From Paraphysomonas bandaiensis (taxonomy: Eukaryota; Protista; Chrysophyceae), in contig CBFFRP010000210.1 of assembly GCA_965644295.1 (NCBI GenBank), positions 1 through 64,000 of the forward strand: 64,000 nucleotides of DNA, read 5' to 3'. Under the pieces are notes generated by a model. It did not search any database. It saw only the letters and a program-made list of their open reading frames with translations, and was not told the DNA's origin. The position numbers were made by a program, and so were the translations under genes. Every line of letters begins with the position of its first letter. The first letter of the stretch is position 1. This document shows, one piece after another, positions 35,782-48,309 of this stretch.

Positions 35782-38406
35782 ATGAGTCCAACGTTACCAA
35801 CTATTCAACTCACGACTCCGACTACCGGCGAAATAAAGATCTCCTTCGCGGATGATCTTAACACAATAGCTAAATCCATACACGCTGCCCAACTCATTGC
35901 CCAACAAATATCTGCGTTCTGCGTACTTTCGGGAATGGAACTCTCTATCCCCAAAGTAGTTTGCACAGTGTTTCCGATCCTACAGGATTCCAACAAGTCC
36001 TCCGACCCCATTGGCTACATCATTCTCTACGACTGGTCATGGCGCCCACACCCAGTCCCTATCCAAACATCACTAGAGTCGATACACTACCTCGGAGCAG
36101 ACCTTCCTCTCACAATCACAGACAAGGCCTCCCATGACTGGTGTCTAAAATACCTGAAAGTCGTGACCACACACCTAGGGATTAAACAGGCCTCAGCCGG
36201 CTGTAAAGTCATGGTGATCGAGACCCAAATCATACCGACTTTGCTCTATAGAGCCACCAAAGCTTCATGGCCGCTACACTGGTACAGAGAAATTGACGCT
36301 GCTTGCGCAACCCTCTACAGAAAGGCCCTCAGTCTAGGCCCTGGATACCCCACGGAACTGATCTACCTCTCACTCAAGCACAACGGATTAGGTATGAAAC
36401 GTTTCTCAGACTCAGCGCAGGAGCAAAAATGGGGATCTCTACAGCGCGCAATAACCCTCGGGGGAGAAGCAGGTCAAGCAGCACATTTTCTACTCACTCA
36501 GACAACAGAGCCACAGCCCCAATACCACCACTATGTTCTCAGCCTCAGGGAATGGGGAACGGAATTGGGCCTTACCCTTCAGGAACCTGAGCCCCCCGAA
36601 CCACAGGATGAACACATGCTGACCAACCTAAAACAAGAACTCGGCCTTAATAGTGTCCAACCAGATACTTTCAAGGCTATCTTCACAGATGGATCATACA
36701 CAGCCAGTGCGCTCTCCACGCGTCGCCTCACTCATGTCAATCCGCGAACCCGATGGACACACCGAGGAGGTGCAGCGGTCGTCTACTTACCCCCAGAAAA
36801 TGCCTGGGAAGATGGTACAACCACAATACTACGACTAGATACACCCTTTCGTGACGTGCCCGGTTTGGACTCATACGCATATGAACTCATAGGCACAGCC
36901 ATGGGGCTTATACTCTCAACACGTATTCCCGAACACATAAGAAGCCACACAGACTGTCAGGCAGTGTGCACCCGCACTGAGGAAGCACTCTCCACAAGAC
37001 GCAGAGCTCTCGGTCACCGTGCAAAAGGGGTACTACTCGAAAGCATCGCAGCCAGCAGAGATTGCAAACGACAGGTGACCTGGGTGAGGTCTCATCCCGA
37101 ACGACGTACCACAGATGAAACGGAGTGGACGTTTGAGGACAAGGGCATCTATATTGCGGACGCAGTTGCGGGTGAAGACTGGCATGAAGTCGATCGCATC
37201 CTTGGAAAAAATAACTACACTGTCTGTACAATTGCGATTGACAGTGCCATCGAACGCTTACTAACTGCTGGATTATGGCACTGGCGTATGCACAGTACAA
37301 GACGGCCATACTACTCTAGCCCACTCCTTACTAATTTCCAGGATCTCTGCGACCTAAGGACACTTGAGAACTACACTTCAGCCAGAGATCAACGCTACGG
37401 ACACAATCCTGATCGAGCGCCTGGCTACTGGACCAATAGCGGAGTACACCTCCCGCGCAAACTAGCTCAAGCGGATGGCAGTGCATCCAAAGACAAACTC
37501 AGCTCAAATCTACGCCAAAGAATACTCAACACGGCACTGACATGGGACAAATCTTTCTGCATAGGGAGGAACCGGGCCAAAACCAAACAGGGGCTTGACC
37601 TGACCAAAGCCGCATGCTCTGACTGCGGGTTTCGACTAGATTCCCTAAAACATATGTGCCTCGACTGCACACATGAATCCATCACCCAAATAAGGGAAAC
37701 TGCATTTCAATCGCATAAAAATGTGCTCCACGAAATACAGAGAACTCAGACCTTACCCAACTGGATCACATCTGCACTACGGAGACTCTCCAGCAGAGCC
37801 TGGAATCCCTCCATCCCACAGGTCGAGAGATACTGGACTGGAACCATCACAGCAGCCCAACTGGAAACGGTCTTCGAAGATGCCATACACAACCACCTGA
37901 CGGCACACAGTCTACGGAAACTAGAAACAGCGGTTATTAATCTCCTGCAACCGCTTTACACTGCAGCGAAGCTTATGCTACAGGATCGCGGTTGTCGCTA
38001 TATCACCATGTCCAAAAGGCCGCCCAGGCTACTCCCGAGACCCCGTCCGAAACGCAGTCAGTCAAGACAACGTCCGAGAGTCCTTCGACTACTAGGGGTC
38101 CAACGAAGACCCCCCACAGCGTATCCGACTCCAGACACACGTGCACACCTCACAGGTCCTACCCGACAGAGCACTGGACTGCCCAGACCTCCACAACGCC
38201 GACGGCTTCGACAACTCTATCTACACCCGCGGCCCCACAGGAGCACAGTAACACAGACCACAAACCCAACTTCTCCTCCCAACAATCCCCACCACTCTCA
38301 ACCCACACATCTGGAACTAGGTGCACTCAGGACCCTAATCCAGAACGCTAAGCCCCCTCCAAAACCAATGGAGACCCATCCCAAAGGGAGACCCCCAGAT
38401 CAATAG
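35782..38406 (+). CDS. LINE ORF2 C-terminal part: RT (from FADD), RNase H, CCHC knuckle
   Basis: SFADD; RNase H residues FTDGS, YELIG, TDCQAV, WVRSH and IADAVA; C-x2-C-x8-H-x4-C (CSDCGFRLDSLKHMCLDC). Confidence 0.9.
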   Translation: MSPTLPTIQLTTPTTGEIKISFADDLNTIAKSIHAAQLIAQQISAFCVLSGMELSIPKVVCTVFPILQDSNKSSDPIGYIILYDWSWRPHPVPIQTSLESIHYLGADLPLTITDKASHDWCLKYLKVVTTHLGIKQASAGCKVMVIETQIIPTLLYRATKASWPLHWYREIDAACATLYRKALSLGPGYPTELIYLSLKHNGLGMKRFSDSAQEQKWGSLQRAITLGGEAGQAAHFLLTQTTEPQPQYHHYVLSLREWGTELGLTLQEPEPPEPQDEHMLTNLKQELGLNSVQPDTFKAIFTDGSYTASALSTRRLTHVNPRTRWTHRGGAAVVYLPPENAWEDGTTTILRLDTPFRDVPGLDSYAYELIGTAMGLILSTRIPEHIRSHTDCQAVCTRTEEALSTRRRALGHRAKGVLLESIAASRDCKRQVTWVRSHPERRTTDETEWTFEDKGIYIADAVAGEDWHEVDRILGKNNYTVCTIAIDSAIERLLTAGLWHWRMHSTRRPYYSSPLLTNFQDLCDLRTLENYTSARDQRYGHNPDRAPGYWTNSGVHLPRKLAQADGSASKDKLSSNLRQRILNTALTWDKSFCIGRNRAKTKQGLDLTKAACSDCGFRLDSLKHMCLDCTHESITQIRETAFQSHKNVLHEIQRTQTLPNWITSALRRLSSRAWNPSIPQVERYWTGTITAAQLETVFEDAIHNHLTAHSLRKLETAVINLLQPLYTAAKLMLQDRGCRYITMSKRPPRLLPRPRPKRSQSRQRPRVLRLLGVQRRPPTAYPTPDTRAHLTGPTRQSTGLPRPPQRRRLRQLYLHPRPHRSTVTQTTNPTSPPNNPHHSQPTHLELGALRTLIQNAKPPPKPMETHPKGRPPDQ

Positions 38407-38652
38407 CGCCGGTGAGTCCACGGACACACGATAAAGGCGAATTTCATATCACACAAAAAGAACGGAAGTGGTTGCACCTTGGTGCTTGCGGCGACGCACA
38501 AGCAGCTTTCGTAGCGTTAAATAGTAGGATAAAAGAGTTTGTATTGATTAGTTACGGGTAGTGGTCTAACTAGTATGACTAGCATTCTTCTAGCCACTAA
38601 TTGATGCAAGGTCTCAACGCCTATTGCTAAATAATCAGACATTCACCCACCC
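35785..38652 (+). mobile_element. 5'-truncated non-LTR retrotransposon
   Basis: Absent from duplication copy B (empty site GATGTATGTGG near 44370). Flanked by TATG at 35781-35784 and 38653-38656. Confidence 0.93.
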
Positions 38653-39147
38653 TATGTGGTATTGGTTTCTTCACCTGCTATGACCTCATGCTTCTGAAAT
38701 GCGTAGCTATATGCGAGTACAATTCATGACTAGGTTTTAATACTCTAATTGGCTAGGTTGAGTCCTTTATTACTTTGGCTAGTTTTTTACACCGAAAATA
38801 GTGACTAGGAAATTTAACCAATTTGGCTAGGTTGAATAATATATCTCTAGGAAGATAGGAAGCGTAATGCGCAAGCTATGCCGTATATATATTTTGTTGA
38901 GATCTCAAATTAAGTAACTAGGCACACATTCGCAGTAATAGCAGTACATATTGTTGGTTGCCTCGAAAACGTAGAGTAATCGCAGCTGCAACAAACAAAT
39001 TATCGCAATTTATTTTTCAAAATCATGACATCGTCGATTATTAGCACTCGAAGGACCTAGCAAGTATAGGGAAAACTAAACACCTGAAAGAAGTACTCAT
39101 TGCAACATGTCATATATGAAACAATTCTTCGAGAGTGGTGTTCGTAC

Positions 39148-40157
39148 TTAAGCTCTGCGGGGCAGACACTGGGGGTAGTTACCCTCCGCTTCGAGATTGG
39201 CCCTCATTCGCTGCATGACTTTCTCCATAGCGGTGTGAATGTCATCGATTTGGATGTCGGGGACAGAAGCACAGAGTTTGGTATGGTCGAGGAGGTTATT
39301 GGACCTTTTTGCTTTCAAGATCTTGTCTTGCTCCTGTGTGCATTTGACCGTAAGAACCACCATACACCAATATACTATACTTTACCTCCAGGGTGAAATT
39401 CGACCAGGTGAAGTCGGGATCCACGTGCTTTTTGTAGAGAGCAAGGACCTCGTTGTGAGAGATAGCTCCGGGATTGCAGAAGTTAACAATACCAGTGACT
39501 TTGCGTTGAGCCATGACAAGAGACACAGGGAGCAGTTCCGTTAGCACAGTCATAGAGTTCGGGATGTCCACAACCTTTTCGTACTTGACAATCTTGGTCA
39601 CGAAGTTGCGAGGACTCAGATCATCACTGATAGGCATACGAACTATAAAAATAACGACATCAACTCAAATATATAAACAAACACATCTAGTAACCTCTGA
39701 GGGTGAGAGTATTGGCATACACTTTGAGCATATCCTCCACCATTGCCTTTGTATGACTGTAATACGATCCATGGAAGTTAGGAGTATCCTCTTCCGTAAA
39801 TCCAACCCCTCCCCATGTATGTTCCGCATCATATTCAAAGATACATCCGGTTGCATAGAGAGTATGATGAATATTCCTCTCATCACACACATCAGCAATA
39901 GTAAGTGTGCCAATAACATTCGATCTTATCGTCTCAGCTCTATGATCTTCACACCAATCAACATTAGGACGACCTGTAACACCCGCAGCATTAATAATAT
40001 GAGTGGGTTTATACTGATCGATCTCTCGTAGGACAGACTCTCTGTTATATGTACGTGACTCGGCTAGATGAACTGTCTTTCCTTGAGAAGTAAGGAGCTC
40101 AATGAGCTTACCTCCAATCCATCCATTCTTACCAAAAACCAAATATATTTCAGACAT
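39148..40157 (-). CDS. Bifunctional NDP-4-keto-6-deoxyglucose 3,5-epimerase/4-reductase (NRS/ER, rhamnose synthesis), copy A, 3 exons
   Basis: GKNGWIGG, AAGVTGRPNVDWCE, TGCIFEYD, SYYSHTKAMVE, RMPISDDLSPRNFVTKI, NPGAISHNE and RSNNLLD motifs. Confidence 0.92.
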
Positions 40158-42533
40158 ACTTACTATCCTTGAGGCTAATGCAATAGGAGACTAATGGGGT
40201 GATGTGGATGAGGCTATATGCAGAGATGTACATATACATACATACATACATACATACATACATACATACATACATACATACACATATATGTTGCCTATTT
40301 ATAGTCGTCAATATAATTTGCGGTGTTTGCTGGAACAAACGTTCAGCGTGTATATCTGAGTAGTGTATGTGTTTCTTAATAGTAATTTAGTTCAGTCGAT
40401 CATTATTACTCGTTTATATATTTGTTTGTCGAAAAGTCGACCAGCGATGGACCATAACATTGCTTAAAAGTGCTAGCAAGATGTTAGTTAGAGGTAATCA
40501 AAGTATTCATACTGTTGCGTGTACACGAGTACACGAACTGTTCAAAACTGATGAGGCCTATATTCCTATATGGCTTTCGCAAGTCTTTGTTATCTACACG
40601 GTTGCCGAGCCAACACCGTCCTCGACATCATTCTCAATACTATGGTCAATTGACAAATGTGAACCTGAAAAGTCCTTTCTCGATCAAGAAAATCGACTTT
40701 AAACACCAGTTTTAAACGCTCTCTCACAATTTCCCAGCATGTCCTTCGTTTCAGCTTATGCGTCTCCTTTCTGATAACACAATTAAAGAGCCTCAGACAC
40801 TGGCCGAAGCGAACAAATTGGATAGAAGATAGGAGGTGCATAAACAGGAGCGAAGGACTCTACGATGATATCATGCAGATGGCGCAGGTGAAATTAGTAG
40901 GACAGTATGTAAGGCAATATCTACGTCAAAACAGCAGTACGAGGACTGTACAACTTTCCTGGTCTCCAAGAGTCCAAGAGATACCCCAGAAATGAATTCT
41001 CTAAACGTACCAATCGCACAGTGAAGGAGTTGGCTCTAGCCATCTTGCTTGACAGTGGCCAGCCATCGGTGTTCTGGTTCAAAGCAGTCTTACATGCGGT
41101 TTATGAAATTAACATGTTACCTACTGTATGGCTACCGTGCCTAAGGAGCTGCGTCGCAAGGAAGGATAATCGATTTTTAGATTGTCGCATGAAAAGTTGT
41201 GTTTATTAGTGCGTGTATATTCTCATTTCTGATGTCACACATATCACATATATATTGAAGTTTGAACTAACTATATATCATCTTTAGATGTTCTAAATAC
41301 GTGTTTGATACTGAGTATGGTATGTTACGATTACTCAACTGTTGTCCTATATGCATCTTCATGAGTACTGCGTCTACTTGCTTAATGTGGTGAACACGAC
41401 ATTAATAATGGCAATACAGTGAGTACTATATTATAGCCGCTAGTGTATTGAATTCCACTGCAGTTGTATTTTAGTAGTATTATCTGAGTGGTACAGTTTA
41501 AGATTACACTCAGACCAGTAGAGACGGTTTTTGAGCCTAAGACGTTCAGTACAATTACCGCCCAGCTGTTTCAGATTAGTACAATACATACATCTGAAAT
41601 AGTGCCTCCTCTCCATATTTCTGTAGCAAGAGGCTCTTGAGGTTCACTTGCAAGCAGAGATGAAGTTAAGTATATCATGATGGATTATGGTCCCCTGTAG
41701 TGATAAACAGTGCATTGAATCTATTCTATAGAGCTACTTTGATGATCTTCTCTCTTCCACTCACAGTCTTAACCAGTGCATGCACATCATACTCATCTCA
41801 TATACATATACACGTAGATCACGTAGCTATGATAGAGGGGGATGCAGTTTCTAATGCATCTTGAATGAAAGGTATAGTCAGAGTTATTACAGGTACTGCA
41901 TGTACAGCCATTGGCTTCACTCCTTCTACAGTATCTAGAGTGCATTGAGGAATGCAACTTGCTTCTGGCTGTTATGATCAATGTCGAAAAAAACAGTATT
42001 TTCCACACATATATGTACCTAAAATCCCTAATTTTGGCATTATTGAGACGCCTCCTTGTAAAAAACACAGATTTGTTAGAAAATCAAGAAATCAGCTCTC
42101 GATCAAAAACAGGGGTTTCTAATAACACATTTTGGTGGGTTTCTAGTATTTCAATCAATTTTTAACCTCATCTCGAGAAATACTGTAGCAGAAATGGTAT
42201 ATACATATAGCAATATAGCCGTATACCGTATACAGTGTGCAGGTACATAGACTGCAGTATGTTGTATGTGGTATATGCACGTATCGGCGTCGTTCGTATA
42301 TTTTTGTTGAAAGATGCCTCTAATATTGAGACAACAATTATCTGTATTCCAGCCGTAGTAATACTGAAGTTATATAGAATATTTTCGCTTCCTTTTATTC
42401 CCGAAATATAAGATGCATACACATATCTCTCTATAGCTCTATGTGTATATATATGTGTATGTATGTATATCTACCTTAACAGCAACTACATCAGATACAA
42501 TACATCATTTCCTCTCATTTCCTCTCATTCATC

Positions 42534-43426
42534 ATGAATATATTCAATCATTCATTAGATTGTTTAATATTTGATCTTGATGGGACACTGTATGATGCAT
42601 CTAACGGTTACGTGGATCATATTCGTTCCAATATATTTCAGTTTATGTATGATCAGGTACACACACACATACACACACACACACACATACATACACACAC
42701 ACACACACATACACACACACACACATACATACACATACACATACATACATACACACATACATCTATGGATATATACATATATAACATCACTATATAGGAA
42801 CTTGTTAGCAGAACTGAATCTGCAGAAGATATCTGGCGACCTCTCTTTAAAGAACATAATCAAACATATAAAGGGCTTCGTAGTGGGGGGTTTGTGTTTG
42901 ATAGGGACGAATACTGGAGATTTCATAGAAGAGGAGTCGCTGATTACCTCTCATCTAATAGTGAACTGGCACAGATGTTATCTGATATGCCTCTAAAGAA
43001 GTATATATTTACAAATTGTCGAGAACGTGAGGCCATGGAGGCATTGGAGGCTCTTGGAGTAGCGGATCAGTTTGAGAAGGTCTATGGTGCCGACTTTCTT
43101 GGAGATTGTTGTAAGGTAACTTAGTTGTTGAACGATATTGCTGATTGAGTAATCAATGTTTTTTGTTTTAGCCCCAATTAGAGGCTTTCGACCTTGTTCT
43201 CGCAGATATAGGGGTACAGCCAGAAAACACTATGTTTTTCGAGGACTCTTTAAAGAATCTGAAAGCGGGAGCATCCCTTGGAATGGCAACAGTTTTGGTT
43301 AAAGGAATGACCGCTGATGAAGAGGGATATTCCGATGGAGAAAATTTTAATTGTGTTGTATCAACGCTAAGTGATGGTGGTAGAGAGTTACGAGATAAAG
43401 TCCCAATATTATTCGCGCGCAATTAA
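42534..43426 (+). CDS. SDT1-like HAD hydrolase, copy B
   Basis: Same exon translations as copy A; longer CA-repeat intron. Confidence 0.88.
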
Positions 43427-44863
43427 GTTTTGAACTAGAAATTATACTATGACTAGTAACTATGAACCTTTTATTCTTTCGCTTTACTTGCGATATAATC
43501 ACTGTCTGTGACAAGTTAATCCTTTTCTCTAGATTGTTACTTTATGATATGTAATAAGTATTCATTGCAGCACCCTAGAGTAAAGGTCAACAACTACAAT
43601 CTACAATGACTCGAAATGTAGTATTGGTGCTTTACGTACTGAAGTATCTGTATTGACTGTTGACCAACTTTCAGTGTTGTCAAGTAAAATTCATCAACAA
43701 CAAGTCATTCACTCCTGATCAACTTCCGTATTTTGTACAGTCGTGGTACAATACTTCAGTTTCACAGTTATAGCTACGTATTACAGTTTCTCCCATTGTA
43801 TTCACCGTATTCTATAGAACTATCTTAGAGAGTCATAGATATTCCAACGCTAACGTGCGTATTCCAGCAATCTGCATTAGATATTGACAGCAAAATGTCT
43901 GCAAATATTTTCTCCGCGATGTAAATGTATGCTAATATACAATGCAATAGTTTATTTAATAGTTTTGATTACCTTCAAGTGTCTTTTATAATACATCAGA
44001 TTACTTGATCTTGGAATGCTTGTTTATATGCTCTTCTCCGAGCCTCTAATATTTCGGAGCAAGTAGTAGCTTGTACACTCAGAGTGTTTCAGCTTTGATG
44101 CATCAAGCAAACTGCAAATCCTTGCAAGATGCGATTTGTTTTCCAAACCAATTGTTTTCAGTATGTAGATTGGGGTGTAAGATGTTGTCGTACTTGTGCC
44201 TTCTAATTCATAGTTAAATAATTGAGAGAAGCTGATAGACCCCTAGAGAGAAGCATGAAGATAGTGTTGAGAGAAAGAATGGTCTACAAGCCTACTTGGG
44301 CATTGGAGAGAGCGATGGAGTACTGCTATATACTATATACCCCTCTTTAGCTTTGTTTTGACCTGATGTATGTGGTATTGGATTCTTCACCTGCTATGAC
44401 CTCATGCTTCTGAAATGCGTAGCTATATGCGAGTACAATTCATGACTAGGTTTTAATACTCTAATTGGCTAGGTTGAGTCATTTATTACTTTGGCTAGTT
44501 TTTTACACCGAAAATAGTGACTAGGAAATTTAACCAATTTGGCTAGGTTGAATAATATATCTCTAGGAAGATAGGAAGCGTAATGCGCAAGCTATGCCGT
44601 ATATATATTTTGTTGAGATCTCAAATTAAGTAACTAGGCACACATTCGCAGCAATAGCAGTATATATTGTTGGTTGCCTCGAAAACGTAGAGTAATCGCA
44701 GCTACAACAAACAAATTATCGCAATTTATTTTTCAAAATCATGACATCGTCGATTATTAGCACTCGAAGGACCTAGCAAGTATAGGGAAAACTAAACACC
44801 TGAAAGAAGTACTCATTGCAACATGTCATATATGAAACAATTCTTCGAGAGTGGTGTTCGTAC

Positions 44864-45873
44864 TTAAGCTCTGCGGGGCAGACACTGGGGGTAGTTACCC
44901 TCCGCTTCGAGATTGGCCCTCATTCGCTGCATGACTTTCTCCATAGCGGTGTGAATGTCATCGATTTGGATGTCGGGGACAGAAGCACAGAGTTTGGTAT
45001 GGTCGAGGAGGTTATTGGACCTTTTTGCTTTCAAGATCTTGTCTTGCTCCTGTGTGCATTTGACCGTAAGAACCACCATACACCAATATACTATACTTTA
45101 CCTCCAGGGTGAAATTCGACCAGGTGAAGTCGGGATCCACGTGCTTTTTGTAGAGAGCAAGGACCTCGTTGTGAGAGATAGCTCCGGGATTGCAGAAGTT
45201 AACAATACCAGTGACTTTGCGTTGAGCCATGACAAGAGACACAGGGAGCAGTTCCGTTAGCACAGTCATCGAGTTCGGGATGTCCACAACCTTTTCGTAC
45301 TTGACAATCTTGGTCACGAAGTTGCGAGGACTCAGATCATCACTGATAGGCATGCGAACTATAAAAATAACGACATCAACTCAAATATATAAACAAACAC
45401 ATCTAGTAACCTCTGAGGGTGAGAGTATTGGCATACACTTTGAGCATATCCTCCACCATTGCCTTTGTATGACTGTAATACGATCCATGGAAGTTAGGAG
45501 TATCCTCTTCCGTAAATCCAACCCCTCCCCATGTATGTTCCGCATCATATTCAAAGATACATCCGGTTGCATAGAGAGTATGATGAATATTCCTCTCATC
45601 ACACACATCAGCAATAGTAAGTGTGCCAATAACATTCGATCTTATCGTCTCAGCTCTATGATCTTCACACCAATCAACATTAGGACGACCTGTAACACCC
45701 GCAGCATTAATAATATGAGTGGGTTTATACTGATCAATCTCTCGTAGGACAGACTCTCTGTTATATGTACGTGACTCGGCTAGATGAACTGTCTTTCCTT
45801 GAGAAGTAAGGAGCTCAATGAGCTTACCTCCAATCCATCCATTCTTACCAAAAACCAAATATATTTCAGACAT
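44864..45873 (-). CDS. NRS/ER epimerase/reductase, copy B
   Basis: Same translations as copy A. Confidence 0.92.
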
Positions 45874-46220
45874 ACTTACTATCCTTGAGGCTAATGCAAT
45901 AGGAGACTAATGGGGTGATGTGGATGAGGCTATATGCAGAGATGTACATATACATACATACATACACATATATGCATATGATGACTACATATATATACAT
46001 ACCCAACTCACCCACCGTACAATAGAATATTTCAATTTCCAACTGAAACTGAAAATGTCTATTCAAGATATTTGTAAAAGGGGATGGTGATGGTGTATAT
46101 GTATGTCTCTGTATGTATGTATGTATGTATGTGTGTAGGTACATGTGGTGGATGTGTATGATAATGTATGAAGCATCTCATAATATAAATCGATAGGCGC
46201 CCCCCCTATAATAGAATACA

Positions 46221-46997
46221 ATGGCTGACCAAGGTGATCGTAAAGGATTTGGACGTGGACGTGGTGATCGTGGACGTGGTAGAGGACGTGGTCGTGGACG
46301 TGGAAGGGATAAGGGTGGTAAGGATGAGTGGGTTCCTGTTACTAAACTTGGACGCTTAGTTAAAGACGGAAAGATCAAATCTGTTGAAGAGATCTTCTTG
46401 TTCTCTCTTCCAATCAAGGAGTATCAGATTGTTGATCATCTTCTTGGTCCTGCTTTACGCGATGAGGTTATGAAGATCATGCCTGTGCAGAAGCAGACCA
46501 CTGCTGGTCAGCGCACTCGTTTTAAGGCGTATGTGGCTGTCGGTGATGGAAATGGTCACCTTGGTCTTGGACTCAAGGCTGCTAAGGAGGTTGCCACCGC
46601 TATCCGTGGTGCTATCATCCATGCCAAGATGAATCTCATCCCTGTCCGCCGTGGATACTGGGGATTCAATGAGGGCAGACCCCACACCGTGCCTTGCAAG
46701 GTTACCGGAAAGTGCGGATCTGTGCGTGTGCGTCTGATCCCAGCCCCCCGTGGATCTGGTATTGTCGCCTCCCTCATCCCCAAGAAGCTTCTGAACATGG
46801 CTGGTATTGAGGACGTCTACTCCTCCTCCACTGGACACACCCGCACCAGAGGCAATCTTGCAGTTGCCGTCTACACGGCTCTTTCCAAGACCTACTCCTT
46901 CCTCTCCCCCGAGATGTGGGAGCCCACCGTCTTCACCAACACCCCTCAGCAGGAGCATACCGACTTCCTTGCCAAGGGATCCGCAAAGTTTGTTTAA
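46221..46997 (+). CDS. RPS2: 40S ribosomal protein S2 (uS5)
   Basis: RG-rich N-terminus, [44 protein letters not shown]; strongly biased codon usage. Confidence 0.98.
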   Translation: MADQGDRKGFGRGRGDRGRGRGRGRGRGRDKGGKDEWVPVTKLGRLVKDGKIKSVEEIFLFSLPIKEYQIVDHLLGPALRDEVMKIMPVQKQTTAGQRTRFKAYVAVGDGNGHLGLGLKAAKEVATAIRGAIIHAKMNLIPVRRGYWGFNEGRPHTVPCKVTGKCGSVRVRLIPAPRGSGIVASLIPKKLLNMAGIEDVYSSSTGHTRTRGNLAVAVYTALSKTYSFLSPEMWEPTVFTNTPQQEHTDFLAKGSAKFV

Positions 46998-47760
46998 GTT
47001 GACATTCCTATCGATTGTCTAGCTGCATGTAGCGTTTAAGGAGAGCGTGCTTGGGCGAGCGCTACGGTGCGGTGTGCCGACCTTTCTCGTTAGTGTAGCT
47101 TATTGGTTGGAGATATACATTGTAATAAATCCAGCCATTTTCTAATTTGAAGCATTACTTTCTTTGGCTCTCTGTAGGATGTTTCATATACTGTATTGCT
47201 GTATGGCACTTTTAAACCACATAGTTTCTATAGATTGATCTCTACGTTATAGGTTACGGTTGTGGACGGAACTATTTGGTTGACTAGGGGAAGGAATGAA
47301 TAATAGATAAAACATACTACCATTTTTACCAGTATGCTGTAGTCTGTAGTTGTTATATATATCTGATGTGAAGAAAGTGATGTAGAGAGTGAATTCTTGT
47401 TCGCTCCGCTAATATAGAACTGTAAACGTATAAATCGTCAACTACAATATGGAACACAACTGTAATACGTAATTAAAATACTGTGTACAATTGTTTAAAA
47501 CAAAATTTGATATTTATTATATACGAGTACCAAGTACAGGTGCACGAATCTGTACTTCCAATACATCTGAACTCTGGGCGCTGCGACACTTAAATAATAT
47601 GATGCTGTTTCTGGAAGCTATACGGTACATATTTAAAATAATTTCGAAAGAATGTGGTGATGATGACAACGTTACTGATGATGGCTCAGGGTATGAGTAA
47701 AATCAAAATTGTGATTAGGTATGCACTGATTATTCCGGTATTTGTCCCTACTAAATTTTT

Positions 47761-48283
47761 CCCCATTCCGAGGGCGTGCCCAAGTAAACTGCTAGGTTGA
47801 TTAAACTAAGTAACGTATAGATTGATAATAAAATGCCGGTGTATTCTTTGCGTGTGGCGCCAGACAAGCGTCAGCTAGATCTACACTATACTTGCAAGGT
47901 CCATATGTCCATACATGATTACGAGAAACCCCGCACATTCTGGGGAAAGAGGGAATCGGCCAATGTCGAGCATGGCCTATACACTATACAGAGTCATGCA
48001 CGATCACAAGAAGCTCCGCGTAATCTTTTTAGGGGATGGGAAGGTGAACCTGTTATAGATTCTGCGCACATTATATATATAAGTCATGCATACCTATGAG
48101 AAATCCCGCGTAATCGTAGCAAAGGTGAACAAAAATGGGGCTGTAGAGTGGTTCTCGTAGAATCTGCGCGTGATCTATTCCGCCAGCTGCGTTGGTACAC
48201 GGGTGGTAGAATCAGTGCAACATCTCGGTGTTATATATGCTGTACCAGCCAGCCTACACTATAGCCACGCTCTCGGAATGGGG
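47761..48283. mobile_element. MITE with CCCCATTCCGAG(G/A)GCGTG terminal inverted repeats
   Basis: 17/18-matching TIRs; related to the palindrome termini CCCCATTCTGAGCGCGT; no TSD evident. Confidence 0.75.
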
Positions 48284-48309
48284 CAGAGGCTATATAGCAT
48301 ATAAACAAA

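Larger units (their letters stand above)
35676..38847 (+). mobile_element. Diverged right half of the Mutator-MITE family, split by a LINE (uninterrupted copy at 44263-44563)
   Basis: Homologous to ~61057-61372. Confidence 0.75.
31635..40290 (+). repeat. Tandem segmental duplication, copy A (contains the LINE insertion)
   Basis: Collinear with 40291-45974; initial offset 8656, final offset 5684. Confidence 0.95.
40291..45974 (+). repeat. Tandem segmental duplication, copy B
   Basis: Collinear with 31635-40290 minus the LINE. Confidence 0.95.

Noticed and set aside
39148-40157. NRS/ER as a giant-virus-derived gene
   Set aside because: Has spliceosomal introns and its twin sits beside RPS2; ordinary host gene is the simpler reading.
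46178-46958. Antisense ORFs over RPS2
   Set aside because: By-product of strong codon bias in a highly expressed gene.
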